The notes under the pieces: model-generated
Databases searched by the model: none
The model's input: only the letters and a program-made list of their open reading frames with translations
What the model was told of the DNA's origin: nothing
Position numbers and translations under genes: made by a program
Virus record (IMG/VR): IMGVR_UViG_3300029913_000003
Coordinates: 64,001 to 128,000 of that record
Reading direction: 5' to 3' (one strand)
DNA from: a virus
Length of the DNA stretch: 64,000 nucleotides
Shown here: positions 26,947 to 36,732 of the stretch, one piece after another
Position numbering within the stretch: position 1 is the stretch's first letter
Layout of the letters: the number at the start of each line of letters is the position of its first letter

Positions 26947-27555
26947 ATGAATAAGGTAGATATAGTTTGCATATTGGATATGTCTGGCTCAATGGGGTCG
27001 ATAATAGTAAAAGCGAGAGAAGGATTTAACAAATTCTTAACGGAACAAAAGGAAAATGGAAATAAAATAAATTTTTCATTGATGTTTTTTGATACAAGTT
27101 TTTATATGCCATATAAAAACGTTGACATTAAAGAAGTAAATGAACTTAATGAAAACACTTATTATGCTAATGGTGGTACTAGTTTATATGATGCGTTAGG
27201 ATTTGCTTCAGATAATTATATAAAGCAACTAGGATCAACTAAAAAAAGTAAAAGAAGTGATAAAACATTATTTGTTATATTAACAGACGGAGAAGAAAAT
27301 TCTTCTACTATATATAGTCGTGATATGATTAAATTAATGGTGACAGATATGAGAGAAAATTTAAATATTGAATTTATTTATTTAGGTGCAAATCAAGATT
27401 CATGTTTTGTCGCAGAATCAATGGGAATGAGTAGAAGCAATTCATTTAATTATGATGCTACGAATGACGGAATAATAGTAGCATATTCAAATATTTCTGC
27501 TGCAACGACTTATTATACCGAAAATAATGTAAAGGATAATCTTTTCCAAAAATAA
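26947..27555 (+). CDS. von Willebrand factor A (vWA) domain protein
   Basis: MIDAS motif DIVCILDMSGSMGS. GGTSLYDAL. ILTDGEEN. Confidence 0.7.
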   Translation: MNKVDIVCILDMSGSMGSIIVKAREGFNKFLTEQKENGNKINFSLMFFDTSFYMPYKNVDIKEVNELNENTYYANGGTSLYDALGFASDNYIKQLGSTKKSKRSDKTLFVILTDGEENSSTIYSRDMIKLMVTDMRENLNIEFIYLGANQDSCFVAESMGMSRSNSFNYDATNDGIIVAYSNISAATTYYTENNVKDNLFQK

Positions 27556-27592
27556 AGATAAAATAGTGAGATTTAATGAACCTTAAATAACA

Positions 27593-27623
27593 AAAAAGAG
27601 AATCAATTGATTCTCTTTTTTTA
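27593..27623. terminator. Bidirectional intrinsic terminator
   Basis: aaaaaaGAGAATCAATTGATTCTCttttttt. Confidence 0.55.
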
Positions 27624-28031
27624 TAAATTAAATTTTAATGCATTTAGATAAATTTCGTAATTTTCTTTTGATATATCATTTATAATATTATCTATTTCTG
27701 TGATTTTTATTCTACCTAATTCTGAATATTTATCCATTATATATTTTATAAATTTTGATATTTTTTCTATTTCTGAATCTATCCATCCTGGATTATCTAG
27801 TATAGTATTAATATCAAACAAAAAATAATCATTATTTGTGGATAATCTTAAATTTAAAAAATAATTTCTTTGTATATCATTTTTATTATAACTAAACGCA
27901 TAATCACAATTATATTCATATGAATAAATAATTTCATTTTGATTTTTATTTATAAAATTATGTATATAATAAGCGAGTTCTTGAATTTTCTCTTTACTAT
28001 TTGATTTTTCAAACTTTTTAATATATTTCAA
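27621..28031 (-). CDS. Family A protein
   Basis: MKYIKKFE ... ALKFNL. Confidence 0.6.
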   Translation of the reverse strand: MKYIKKFEKSNSKEKIQELAYYIHNFINKNQNEIIYSYEYNCDYAFSYNKNDIQRNYFLNLRLSTNNDYFLFDINTILDNPGWIDSEIEKISKFIKYIMDKYSELGRIKITEIDNIINDISKENYEIYLNALKFNL

Positions 28032-28032
28032 T

Positions 28033-28278
28033 TTATTTAAATTTTATTTTTCCTTTTGCATTGGTTTTTTTATCTATTTCTTCTTCATCGATCCATATTT
28101 TAACTATTTCTTGAGTTTTAATATTAAATGCTTCAATATAATAATCTGGTGATTTTAACTCATCATTTACATCTAAAATATGTACTAAATTTTCAACTTT
28201 CAAATTATTCTCAATCAACTTAACGAAATCTCCTTTCTTATATTTAGGATTTTTTTCTATGTATTTAGCATTTTTCAT
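28033..28278 (-). CDS. Small hypothetical protein (GDFVKL core-like, no tags)
   Basis: KKGDFVKLI resembles the Family A core, but neither terminal tag is present. Confidence 0.4.
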   Translation of the reverse strand: MKNAKYIEKNPKYKKGDFVKLIENNLKVENLVHILDVNDELKSPDYYIEAFNIKTQEIVKIWIDEEEIDKKTNAKGKIKFK

Positions 28279-28302
28279 AAGATATTATTTTTTTAAAATA
28301 TG

Positions 28303-28827
28303 TTATAAATTAAATTTATTTACTGTTTTATCAAATTCTATTTTCTTTTTATATTCATCTACATTAAAAGTTTTATATTTATCATTTGAATGATGATATA
28401 TATTACCATCATCTCCTATTTCAGCATCTACATTTCCTAAAACATCACATAATTTAGTAATGATTGTTAAGTTTTCACTATCATTTATTCTTTCAAAAAA
28501 TCCAGATCCATGTCCATTTCTTGTCAACCATAAATCATTACCAATTTGGTCATCTGTCATATCTTCAAAAACATCTCCTGCTGAATTAATAAACCATTCA
28601 ACTTCTTTTACAATCTCATCTTTAGAATTTTCATCGATATCATATATATTTTTTCCTTCCCATGGATCATAATCTGTTTCATGACCTTCTTCAGTCCAAA
28701 TTAATGCTGTTATATAGCTATCAACAGCAGTATCTATATCGTAATCATTTTCAAATTCATTAATATCATGATATTCTTCGAAATCTTCATCATCGTCAAA
28801 TTCTTCAAATATTTTTAAATGTTTCAT
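28303..28827 (-). CDS. Family A protein, acidic
   Basis: MKHLKIFEEFDDDEDFEE ... VNKFNL. Confidence 0.6.
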   Translation of the reverse strand: MKHLKIFEEFDDDEDFEEYHDINEFENDYDIDTAVDSYITALIWTEEGHETDYDPWEGKNIYDIDENSKDEIVKEVEWFINSAGDVFEDMTDDQIGNDLWLTRNGHGSGFFERINDSENLTIITKLCDVLGNVDAEIGDDGNIYHHSNDKYKTFNVDEYKKKIEFDKTVNKFNL

Positions 28828-28831
28828 AGTT

Positions 28832-29194
28832 TTACATATTAAATTTGTTTGCTGTTAATAATAGTTCAAGTTCTTCAATTTCACTTGAAGTTAAATCTCT
28901 ATCAATCTCACTTTCACCTATCCAAAATTCTTTTAATTCTCTTGTCTTTTTATGAATAGATATTACTTTATATCTTGGCTCATACATATCATCATCATTT
29001 TCATCAAAATCTGTATCGTTAACTTCAATAATTTTAACAAATGGACCTACAACATTCAATTCACTTTCAGAATCATCTAATTTTACATAATCTTCTAATT
29101 TTACATAATCTCCTACATGTTGAGATGTATAATGTCCTACTGGTGATAATTCGTCATCATCGTCAAATTCTTCAAATATTTTTAAGTGTTTCAT
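28832..29194 (-). CDS. Family A protein, acidic (paralog of 28303)
   Basis: MKHLKIFEEFDDDDE ... ANKFNM. Confidence 0.6.
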   Translation of the reverse strand: MKHLKIFEEFDDDDELSPVGHYTSQHVGDYVKLEDYVKLDDSESELNVVGPFVKIIEVNDTDFDENDDDMYEPRYKVISIHKKTRELKEFWIGESEIDRDLTSSEIEELELLLTANKFNM

Positions 29195-29199
29195 AATTT

Positions 29200-30582
29200 T
29201 TACATATTAAATTTATCTACATTTACAATATAACTATATTCATTTATAATTTCAGGATTCAATATATTTGATTTCATTATTAATTTATAATTTTCATTAT
29301 CATTTTCAATTAAGTATTTTTGAAATTCATAAGTTTTAAACCATTCTAATATTTTTCCATTATATAATTTAGCAATTTCTAATAAATTTATATGCTTTCT
29401 ATAATATTTAAACCAAATATCATAGTCATAATCATAAAATGCATATTTTTTTTCCATTTTTTTAAACATTTCTAAATTATCTGTTTTAATCCAAATCGGA
29501 AATATATCATCAGGACTGTCTACATATTTACTAACTACATCATCAATAGAGTTTTTTAAATTATCAAAATTAAGATGACTATAACTATCTTCATATTCAA
29601 TAGTTTCATATCTTAAGTCATCAGAATCATATATATTAGATAAAAATTCTTTAATAGTTTTAACATTTAATTTATATTTTATCATATACTTAATCATAGT
29701 TTTATACTCAAAAACCAATTCTATCTGATATTTTTTTGTGTCACTATCATGATTAGTATTATCATTAATATTAAAAGGCATTTTTTCTAATGCTTTCTTT
29801 GCTGCTATTTCTACTGCACGTTCATGAGCCATTGAAATTTCACTTTCAAATGTTTCTAAATCATCAGTTAAATCTAAATATTTAAATAAGTCTGCTATTT
29901 TACCTTGTTCTGTAGGATCTATATTATCGTCAAAATAAAATAACTTGGATAATTCTATAATTTTATCATTAGTTTCTTTTTTTGTATAATTACCCAAATA
30001 ATCTAATTCTTCTTTATCAACATAGAATTCATAATTATTATTATCTCGAGTTAATTGTAAAATAGAACTTATAGAACCATTTTCGATATCAAGTAAATTT
30101 TCAAGAACCTCAATATTAATAATTAAAGTGAATCCTTTCTCATCATATGAAAATTCTTTTTCATATGGATAATGATAATTTTTTTCTGAATTTATTATTG
30201 CTTCATCTTCATCGAATCCAATATATTTGTTGATATCTTCTGGTTTAAATTTCTTTGATGATAATACTTTTATTAAATTTGGTATATTATCTATATTATC
30301 TTCAACATCAGAACTTTCTGTTATTGGATTATTTTTTAAATATGCAACTTGTTTAGTTTGTTTAAATGTTAAGTCACTAAGTTTTTTAACTTTAATATTT
30401 ATTTCATTATTTAATTCTGCTTGTGTTTTTCTATCTTTTTCGTTTTGAACTCTCTTTCTAAGTTTTTTGAGACTATCTTGCATATATGCAATCTTATCTG
30501 CAATGTTATCATCAATTTTGAAAGGTTTTTCGTTATTTATTTTGATTGGAGTAAAATATTCATAATTTTTAATATATCTCAT
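29200..30582 (-). CDS. Family A large variant (460 aa; N-term MRYIKNYEYF, C-term VDKFNM)
   Basis: Carries the terminal tags with a long acidic, coiled-coil-like middle. Confidence 0.5.
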   Translation of the reverse strand: MRYIKNYEYFTPIKINNEKPFKIDDNIADKIAYMQDSLKKLRKRVQNEKDRKTQAELNNEINIKVKKLSDLTFKQTKQVAYLKNNPITESSDVEDNIDNIPNLIKVLSSKKFKPEDINKYIGFDEDEAIINSEKNYHYPYEKEFSYDEKGFTLIINIEVLENLLDIENGSISSILQLTRDNNNYEFYVDKEELDYLGNYTKKETNDKIIELSKLFYFDDNIDPTEQGKIADLFKYLDLTDDLETFESEISMAHERAVEIAAKKALEKMPFNINDNTNHDSDTKKYQIELVFEYKTMIKYMIKYKLNVKTIKEFLSNIYDSDDLRYETIEYEDSYSHLNFDNLKNSIDDVVSKYVDSPDDIFPIWIKTDNLEMFKKMEKKYAFYDYDYDIWFKYYRKHINLLEIAKLYNGKILEWFKTYEFQKYLIENDNENYKLIMKSNILNPEIINEYSYIVNVDKFNM

Positions 30583-30600
30583 AATAATATATATAATTTT

Positions 30601-31050
30601 TTATAGATTAAATTTTTTTGCACTTATTTTAATTAAAAGGTTATTAATATATTCTTTTAATTCTATCATATCGTCTGAGGTTTTAATTGTAAAATCTCTA
30701 AATATAACATCAGGATTATATTTTTGAAATTTATTTTTATACCAATTCAATTGTAATTTACTCAATATATCATCTCTATTATAATCATCCGATAACGGAA
30801 TTATATGTTCCATACTATTATAGTTATATGGTAATAAATTAATATCATCAACATGATTTAATATTATAAAAAAATATATATCATTAGTAAATAATTCAAA
30901 TTTTATTTTTTTTGAATTTAAAAAATTAATAATATATGGTATTTTTTCAAAAAATTTATCACTAATAATTACTCCTGGTAATTTACCATATTCTCCTCCA
31001 ACTTTAATATCGGACGGTTCTATTACTTTATAACTTTCTAAATATTTCAT
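30601..31050 (-). CDS. Family A variant (N-term MKYLESYKV, C-term AKKFNL)
   Basis: C-terminal tag is conserved. Confidence 0.5.
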   Translation of the reverse strand: MKYLESYKVIEPSDIKVGGEYGKLPGVIISDKFFEKIPYIINFLNSKKIKFELFTNDIYFFIILNHVDDINLLPYNYNSMEHIIPLSDDYNRDDILSKLQLNWYKNKFQKYNPDVIFRDFTIKTSDDMIELKEYINNLLIKISAKKFNL

Positions 31051-31153
31051 ATATAAACTTTATTTTATTATATTATTATATATAAAAAATATAAAATCAT
31101 TTGTGGGTATGCAAATTAATTTATATATTTGCTTAAATAAAAATAAAATAAAA

Positions 31154-31429
31154 ATGGCTAAGAAAAAAGATTCATATGTCTGTTCAGAGTGTTTAAATGA
31201 ATTTCCTTCAAAGGAAATTTTTGCTGCATTAGTGCCCAATAGAGAGTATTATACAAATTATTGTAAAAAATGTTTAATTGATTTAGAAATTGATAAATGT
31301 AAAGCATATACAAGTAGTACATTCAAAGGTCCTTATATTTTAGTTAAAGATATTGGCAGTGAAAAAAAAGTAACGAAAAAGAAAACAACAACGAAAAAAA
31401 CTACTAAAAAGATTATTAAAGAAAAATAA
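31154..31429 (+). CDS. Zinc-ribbon protein with Lys/Thr-rich basic tail
   Basis: Start at MAKKKD downstream of a TATATTTG -7-like box. CSEC...CKKC pairs. KKVTKKKTTTKKTTKK tail. Confidence 0.45.
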   Translation: MAKKKDSYVCSECLNEFPSKEIFAALVPNREYYTNYCKKCLIDLEIDKCKAYTSSTFKGPYILVKDIGSEKKVTKKKTTTKKTTKKIIKEK

Positions 31430-31437
31430 TTATTTTT

Positions 31438-31863
31438 ATGAAAGATAATAAAGAGAAAATAAAAAAATTACGAAAATATTATTGGGATAATTGTAGTCAT
31501 GCATCAAGAGAAGAGTGGTCAAATGAAGAAAATGATTTAAAAAATGATATATCTTCAATATTTGGCAAATTTGATGTCACGGAAGAAAATATTAGTGATG
31601 ATGAAATAGATAATTTAAAAAACTTAATAGATAATTGTGCTATAGAAGTTAAAAAAAGCAAAATAAATAGTTATTTAAAATATTTAGATGAAAAAATTAT
31701 ATGGAGATGTGAATCACCATATAACATTATTGAAAAAGAAAAAATTCAAACAAAATTTGATTATTTTTATAATTTAGATTATGATAAGATAGAAGAATCA
31801 GAATTGGATGATTTTTATGATTTAATTCAAAATTTTATGTGGAGTAAAAATGAAAAGAATTAA
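31438..31863 (+). CDS. Hypothetical acidic protein
   Basis: 141-aa ORF. Confidence 0.4.
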   Translation: MKDNKEKIKKLRKYYWDNCSHASREEWSNEENDLKNDISSIFGKFDVTEENISDDEIDNLKNLIDNCAIEVKKSKINSYLKYLDEKIIWRCESPYNIIEKEKIQTKFDYFYNLDYDKIEESELDDFYDLIQNFMWSKNEKN

Positions 31864-32425
31864 AAATATAATAAGAGAATCAATAAATGTAAAAGAATTA
31901 ATTTATTCTGATGATACTTTAATTAAAACAATAGAAGATATTACTAATTTGATGATTAAGTGCTTTAAAAATGACGGTAAAGTTCTTTTATGTGGAAATG
32001 GTGGAAGTGCTGCTGATGCTCAGCACATTGCTGCAGAATTATCAGGTAGATTTTATATAGATAGAGATCCATTATTTGCTGAAGCATTACATGTAAATAC
32101 ATCATATTTGACTGCTGTTGCAAACGATTATTCCTTTGATAATATATATTCAAGATTAATAAAAGGAATGGGTAGAAAAAATGATATTCTAATTGCAATC
32201 TCAACCTCAGGTAACTCTAATAATGTTTTTAATGCTTGTTATGAAGCTAATAAATTAGGAATGATAACTATTGCATTAACAGGTAAAGATGGTGGAAAAC
32301 TCAAAGGAATAAGTAATTACACAATTAATGTTCCATCTGATAATACACCAAGAATACAAGAATCTCATATTATGATTGGACATATCATATGTGAAATGGT
32401 AGAAGAAATAATGTTTAAAAAATAA
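31850..32425 (+). CDS. gmhA: Phosphoheptose isomerase (SIS domain, GmhA-like)
   Basis: LLCGNGGSAADAQHIAAELSGRF ... ISTSGNS ... LTGKDGGKL ... RIQESH colinear with GmhA. Confidence 0.8.
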   Translation: MKRIKNIIRESINVKELIYSDDTLIKTIEDITNLMIKCFKNDGKVLLCGNGGSAADAQHIAAELSGRFYIDRDPLFAEALHVNTSYLTAVANDYSFDNIYSRLIKGMGRKNDILIAISTSGNSNNVFNACYEANKLGMITIALTGKDGGKLKGISNYTINVPSDNTPRIQESHIMIGHIICEMVEEIMFKK

Positions 32426-32434
32426 TAAAATCAA

Positions 32435-32833
32435 ATGAAAATACGAAATGGATTTGTAAGTAACTCATCATCAAGCAGTTTTGTAGTAATTAAAGATTCT
32501 TTAACTAATAAACAAAAAGAAATGATTTATGATTATCAAAGTTATGTTGAGTTTTTTAAAACTATTGATGAAATATGTATAGATAAATTCGAATATTGTG
32601 ATACTGATCCATGGAGAATAGTTGATTATAATGATTTTATATTTGGTGAAACTTCAATGGATAATTTTAGTATGCAAGATTTTTTAGATTATATAAAAGT
32701 TGATCCAGATTCAATTAATTGGAACGAAGGATATAATGACGAGCCATATCAAAGTCAATTAGATTTTATAACTGAGTCAAAAAAAAAGTTTCGTAAAAAA
32801 AAACTTATTAAATTAAAATATAAAAAATATTAA
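32435..32833 (+). CDS. Hypothetical protein (paralog pair with 32839)
   Basis: Shared FVVIKDSLTNKQKEMIYDY / FVVSKKALSKRQKDMIINY and YNDFIFGETS / YNDLIFGETS. Basic K-L-K tail. Confidence 0.45.
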   Translation: MKIRNGFVSNSSSSSFVVIKDSLTNKQKEMIYDYQSYVEFFKTIDEICIDKFEYCDTDPWRIVDYNDFIFGETSMDNFSMQDFLDYIKVDPDSINWNEGYNDEPYQSQLDFITESKKKFRKKKLIKLKYKKY

Positions 32834-32838
32834 AATAG

Positions 32839-33315
32839 ATGAAAATTGAACCAAGTAGTTTTGTAGTTTCAAAAAAAGCGTTAAGTAAGAGACAAAAAGA
32901 TATGATTATTAATTATGTTGATTGGATAAATATATTTATAACAAATGAAGATGATATTGATAAATTTAAAAATTATGAACCAAAATCTTGGAATATAACA
33001 GAATATAATGATTTAATATTTGGTGAAACATCTAAATATATATTTGATATGATTGAATATTTAAAATATATAAGTGTTGATAGTAATTATATAATGTTTG
33101 ATGACGGATGTACTGAACCAAGTGAAAATCAACTTGAATTTATTAGTAATATTAAACAAGTAATTAAAAGTTCTGAAATTGAAAAAAATGAAAACATAAA
33201 AAAAGATTTTAAAACATCAGTAAATAGTTTAGATTTTAGTAAATCAAAACCTAGTATTAATGGCATAATTTTTAATCAATCTAAGTCAAAAAGGCACGAA
33301 AAAAAGAAAAAATGA
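32839..33315 (+). CDS. Hypothetical protein (paralog of 32435)
   Basis: Tandem duplicate of 32435 with a divergent C-terminus. Confidence 0.45.
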   Translation: MKIEPSSFVVSKKALSKRQKDMIINYVDWINIFITNEDDIDKFKNYEPKSWNITEYNDLIFGETSKYIFDMIEYLKYISVDSNYIMFDDGCTEPSENQLEFISNIKQVIKSSEIEKNENIKKDFKTSVNSLDFSKSKPSINGIIFNQSKSKRHEKKKK

Positions 33316-33575
33316 GTCAAAAATTTTTAAAATATAATTTTAATGAGGTTGATAATTCATCAAATCTACATAAGTATATTGATAAATATAATAGTTTAGT
33401 ACTTTATATTTTCAAATCTAGTTGGGAAAAATATTATATTTGTGTAGAAGAATGGGGTGATGAAGAAAAATCAGAATTAAAATGCTTAACAGTAAAAGAT
33501 ATTAATAAAATTTATGGAATAAATAATTTTTTAAGAAAGGAAAAAATAAATGAAATTAATGAAAGCTCATTGTAA
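33312..33575 (+). CDS. Hypothetical protein
   Basis: 87-aa ORF. Confidence 0.35.
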   Translation: MSQKFLKYNFNEVDNSSNLHKYIDKYNSLVLYIFKSSWEKYYICVEEWGDEEKSELKCLTVKDINKIYGINNFLRKEKINEINESSL

Positions 33576-33828
33576 AAATAATTTTTATCAATTTGAAAAA
33601 AATAAATATTATATTATTAATAACATTTATTCAGTATTTGATAAAGATGATTTTATATCAATTGAAGATAATGAACATTTGGTATTTAGATTTAGATTAA
33701 ATAAATCTATGACATATGTTGATGATTTTATAGGTGATAATGAATATTATTTTTATGACTATTTTTGTTTTTTAAATGAAGAAAGAAAGAAAAAATTAGA
33801 AAAACTATCTGAGTTAGAAAAAAGTTAG
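33550..33828 (+). CDS. Hypothetical protein with K-L-E-K-L tail
   Basis: C-terminal ERKKKLEKLSELEKS, a Family B-like tail. Confidence 0.35.
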   Translation: MKLMKAHCKNNFYQFEKNKYYIINNIYSVFDKDDFISIEDNEHLVFRFRLNKSMTYVDDFIGDNEYYFYDYFCFLNEERKKKLEKLSELEKS

Positions 33829-33862
33829 TAATTTTTACTAACTTTTTTTTATATATATTAGT

Positions 33863-34405
33863 ATGAAATATTTGAAAAAATTTGAAAATTATGATTTAAG
33901 AGGAGAATATCCTGATATGTTTGAACCAAGAACAGAAGAGGACGAGCCTCAAATTGTACCAGGGTTTGAAGATGGTACAATAGATCCAGATGATGATGAG
34001 GTATATCATATTAGTAGTGAAGTTAGTGAGAAGGAACAATATGAAAATTTTAAAAAAATAACAAAAGAAAGAAATTTCAAAGAAACTAATAATGAAATAA
34101 TTATAAACATTCACAAATTATATCATGATTTTTATATGTCTATTTATAATCCTAATAAGCATTATTCAAAATTTCTAAGAGAAGAAATTATAGGTAAATA
34201 TATATCAGATGGAGTAATTGATTTTATGACTGATATAAAATATCATGGTATAATAAAAGGATTAAACTTTCAATATATTAATGAAAGTGCTCTTGTTTCT
34301 GCTGAATTAGTCGGAATAGATGAGTTAAAATACGAAAATTCAATATGTATGAATATTATTACTATTGATAAACTAAAGACTAATGCAAATAAATTCAATT
34401 TATGA
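33863..34405 (+). CDS. Family A protein
   Basis: MKYLKKFE ... ANKFNL. Confidence 0.6.
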   Translation: MKYLKKFENYDLRGEYPDMFEPRTEEDEPQIVPGFEDGTIDPDDDEVYHISSEVSEKEQYENFKKITKERNFKETNNEIIINIHKLYHDFYMSIYNPNKHYSKFLREEIIGKYISDGVIDFMTDIKYHGIIKGLNFQYINESALVSAELVGIDELKYENSICMNIITIDKLKTNANKFNL

Positions 34406-34689
34406 AACATATTAATAAATTTAAAATGAATGAGAAAAAGTCAGATAATATACAGAAATATAATATAGGAAATTATGTTAAATTAAAAGCAATAATTTTT
34501 ATTGATAATATTCCAAGATATACAAAAATAATAAAAATAGATCCAACTGTTAATGGCTATTATTATTTATGTAATGATCCTAATAACAAAACAATTTGGG
34601 TATCGAATGATGAAATTGAAAGAAAATTAACAACTAATGAGATTGAAAAATATGAATTAGATTCAAATGTAAATAAATTTAATTTATGA
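34402..34689 (+). CDS. Family A variant
   Basis: MKHINKFK..IGNYVKL..VNKFNL. Confidence 0.55.
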   Translation: MKHINKFKMNEKKSDNIQKYNIGNYVKLKAIIFIDNIPRYTKIIKIDPTVNGYYYLCNDPNNKTIWVSNDEIERKLTTNEIEKYELDSNVNKFNL

Positions 34690-35021
34690 ATAACCACAAA
34701 TCAGATATAGTAATAGAGCATGAAATAGAATATCATTCATTAAAATTTAATTCTATAGATAAAGATGATGTTAAATTTATTACTAAATTTATACAAAAAT
34801 ATAAATATGTGAAAATAATACATGAATTAAATAATAATATTGAAATATCATATTATAAAAATAATGCATTTCATAATGATTTCGGACCATCTATATTATA
34901 TAAAAAAGATAATGAAATAATTATTAATAAAAAATATTATTTGAATGGAGTTGAATTAAGTTATGATACTTGGAAAAATGGATTTCGTAAATACAAATTA
35001 TTAAAATTAAAAGAACTATAA
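34686..35021 (+). CDS. Hypothetical protein with R-K-Y-K-L-L-K-L-K tail
   Basis: C-terminal YLNGVELSYDTWKNGFRKYKLLKLKEL. Confidence 0.45.
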   Translation: MNNHKSDIVIEHEIEYHSLKFNSIDKDDVKFITKFIQKYKYVKIIHELNNNIEISYYKNNAFHNDFGPSILYKKDNEIIINKKYYLNGVELSYDTWKNGFRKYKLLKLKEL

Positions 35022-35122
35022 TTAAATTATAGATTTTTATTTAGATGGAGTTGAATTAAATTATGAAAAATGTAAAAATAAATTTCGTAATTATAAGTTA
35101 TTAAAATTAAAAAATCTATAAT
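34950..35122 (+). repeat. Tandem duplication of the 3' end of ORF 34686 plus its downstream sequence
   Basis: The second copy encodes YLDGVELNYEKCKNKFRNYKLLKLKNL. Both copies are followed by taattaaattatagatttttat. Confidence 0.5.
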
Positions 35123-35136
35123 TAAATTATAGATTT

Positions 35137-35796
35137 TTATAAATTAAATTTGTTGGTAGATTTTTTTATCTTTAAATAATCTTCAACCTCTTTTTTGCTT
35201 TTAGAATATAATTTAATATCTTTAATTCTAAATTCATGTTTTCCTAGATTTTTAATAATAGGATTTGTATCATTATAAAACTGATTTATCTCTCCTATCA
35301 TTTTTTTAGGTATATCTCTATATTCAATTACATATGTATTTTTCTCGTTTTGTCTAATAACTCTTCCAATGTTATTATTTATATATTCATCAAAAATATT
35401 GTCGTCATCACTATATCTATTACTATTTATTTCGCATAATACATAATCTCCTATCATTGGTTCATCTGGAATCTTCCAGTCAGATTTCAATGTAAACATA
35501 TATGCATTTTTCATAGTTATTATTTCATCTGTTTTAATATCTTGAACATCTACATAAGCATTATATAATAAATTAGTTGTTACATTCCTATAACCTCTTC
35601 CACTCCAATATATTTGTATAACTTTATATTCTCTACCATATTTAATTTCTTTTTCATTACCATATTCTAATTCACCATACTGAGTTATTCTACCTGTATA
35701 GTCACGATATGCGTCAAATTTTGTAGAACAAATTACAATATCATTTACTGAATATACAATATCATCGTTACTCTCATATTTTTTTATATATTTCAT
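35137..35796 (-). CDS. Family A protein with two GDYV-type modules
   Basis: MKYIKKYE..VNDIVIC..IGDYVLCE..TNKFNL. Confidence 0.6.
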   Translation of the reverse strand: MKYIKKYESNDDIVYSVNDIVICSTKFDAYRDYTGRITQYGELEYGNEKEIKYGREYKVIQIYWSGRGYRNVTTNLLYNAYVDVQDIKTDEIITMKNAYMFTLKSDWKIPDEPMIGDYVLCEINSNRYSDDDNIFDEYINNNIGRVIRQNEKNTYVIEYRDIPKKMIGEINQFYNDTNPIIKNLGKHEFRIKDIKLYSKSKKEVEDYLKIKKSTNKFNL

Positions 35797-35799
35797 AAT

Positions 35800-35988
35800 T
35801 TAAAATTTTGTTTGAAATGATACCATATCTTTTGTTTTATTGGGCATTACATCAACTGGCTCAAGTGTACCTCCACCTTTTTTCTTTTTCTTTTTCTTTT
35901 TCTCTTCATTTTTATATGATTTGTGCTGTGGTTTATATGGAACATATTCAACACCAACATATTCTTCAAATGTTTTTAAATTTTTCAT
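35800..35988 (-). CDS. Short Family A-like ORF with poly-Lys run encoded by a (CTTTTT)4 repeat
   Basis: MKNLKTFEEY ... KKKKKKKKGGG. Lacks the C-terminal tag. Possibly a phase-variable or decayed member. Confidence 0.35.
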   Translation of the reverse strand: MKNLKTFEEYVGVEYVPYKPQHKSYKNEEKKKKKKKKGGGTLEPVDVMPNKTKDMVSFQTKF

Positions 35989-36007
35989 AAATTAAATTTT
36001 TTTTGTA

Positions 36008-36406
36008 TCATATATTATATTTTTTAGATTTAATATAAAGTAATATATTATCATCTTCAATATCTACATTGTAAAAATTTATAATAATTCCTGGAGAACC
36101 TTTTTCGTTTAATGCTCTTAAATAACCATAACTAAAACCATAATCACCTATTCTTAATCCAATTGAATCACCATCATTAATATAAAAATCATTATGTATA
36201 TTTATTTCAAGCATCTCAATATTATCAGATTTTTTATAATAATGTTTATTTGTATTAATATTAATAGTAAATCCAACTGCTTTTGAATTATCTTTTAATA
36301 TTATTAATTTTTTAATAGCTTCATGCATACCAAAAAATTCACAAAAATCAAATAATTCAATAGTTATTTTTGTTTCTAATGATTCAAATGTTTTTAAATA
36401 TTTCAT
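36008..36406 (-). CDS. Family A protein
   Basis: MKYLKTFE ... SKKYNI. Confidence 0.55.
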   Translation of the reverse strand: MKYLKTFESLETKITIELFDFCEFFGMHEAIKKLIILKDNSKAVGFTININTNKHYYKKSDNIEMLEINIHNDFYINDGDSIGLRIGDYGFSYGYLRALNEKGSPGIIINFYNVDIEDDNILLYIKSKKYNI

Positions 36407-36732
36407 ATGTTAAATTTATTTGCAATAATATTCAATTTATATTTTTTTATTTCTTTATCAGTTGCTAATTTTAACTCATTTGAATATGCTTTATATAAAT
36501 TTTTATTTCTACCATTAAATGCCCATTTTATATCATCTGGAATATTTTCATATTTCACATTATATATAATATATTTTGGTATTTCAAAATGCTCAGTTAT
36601 ACTAACAATTTTTCCTATATTGTTATTTAAAAAATCATATAATTGTGGAGTATATGATATGTATTTAACTATTACATATTGACCAACTTTAAATTTTTTA
36701 CTTATATTTTCAAATGTTTTAATATATTTCAT
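36403..36732 (-). CDS. Family A, GDYV/NNIGK core subfamily
   Basis: MKYIKTFEN..VGQYVIV..NNIGKIV..ANKFNI. Confidence 0.6.
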   Translation of the reverse strand: MKYIKTFENISKKFKVGQYVIVKYISYTPQLYDFLNNNIGKIVSITEHFEIPKYIIYNVKYENIPDDIKWAFNGRNKNLYKAYSNELKLATDKEIKKYKLNIIANKFNI

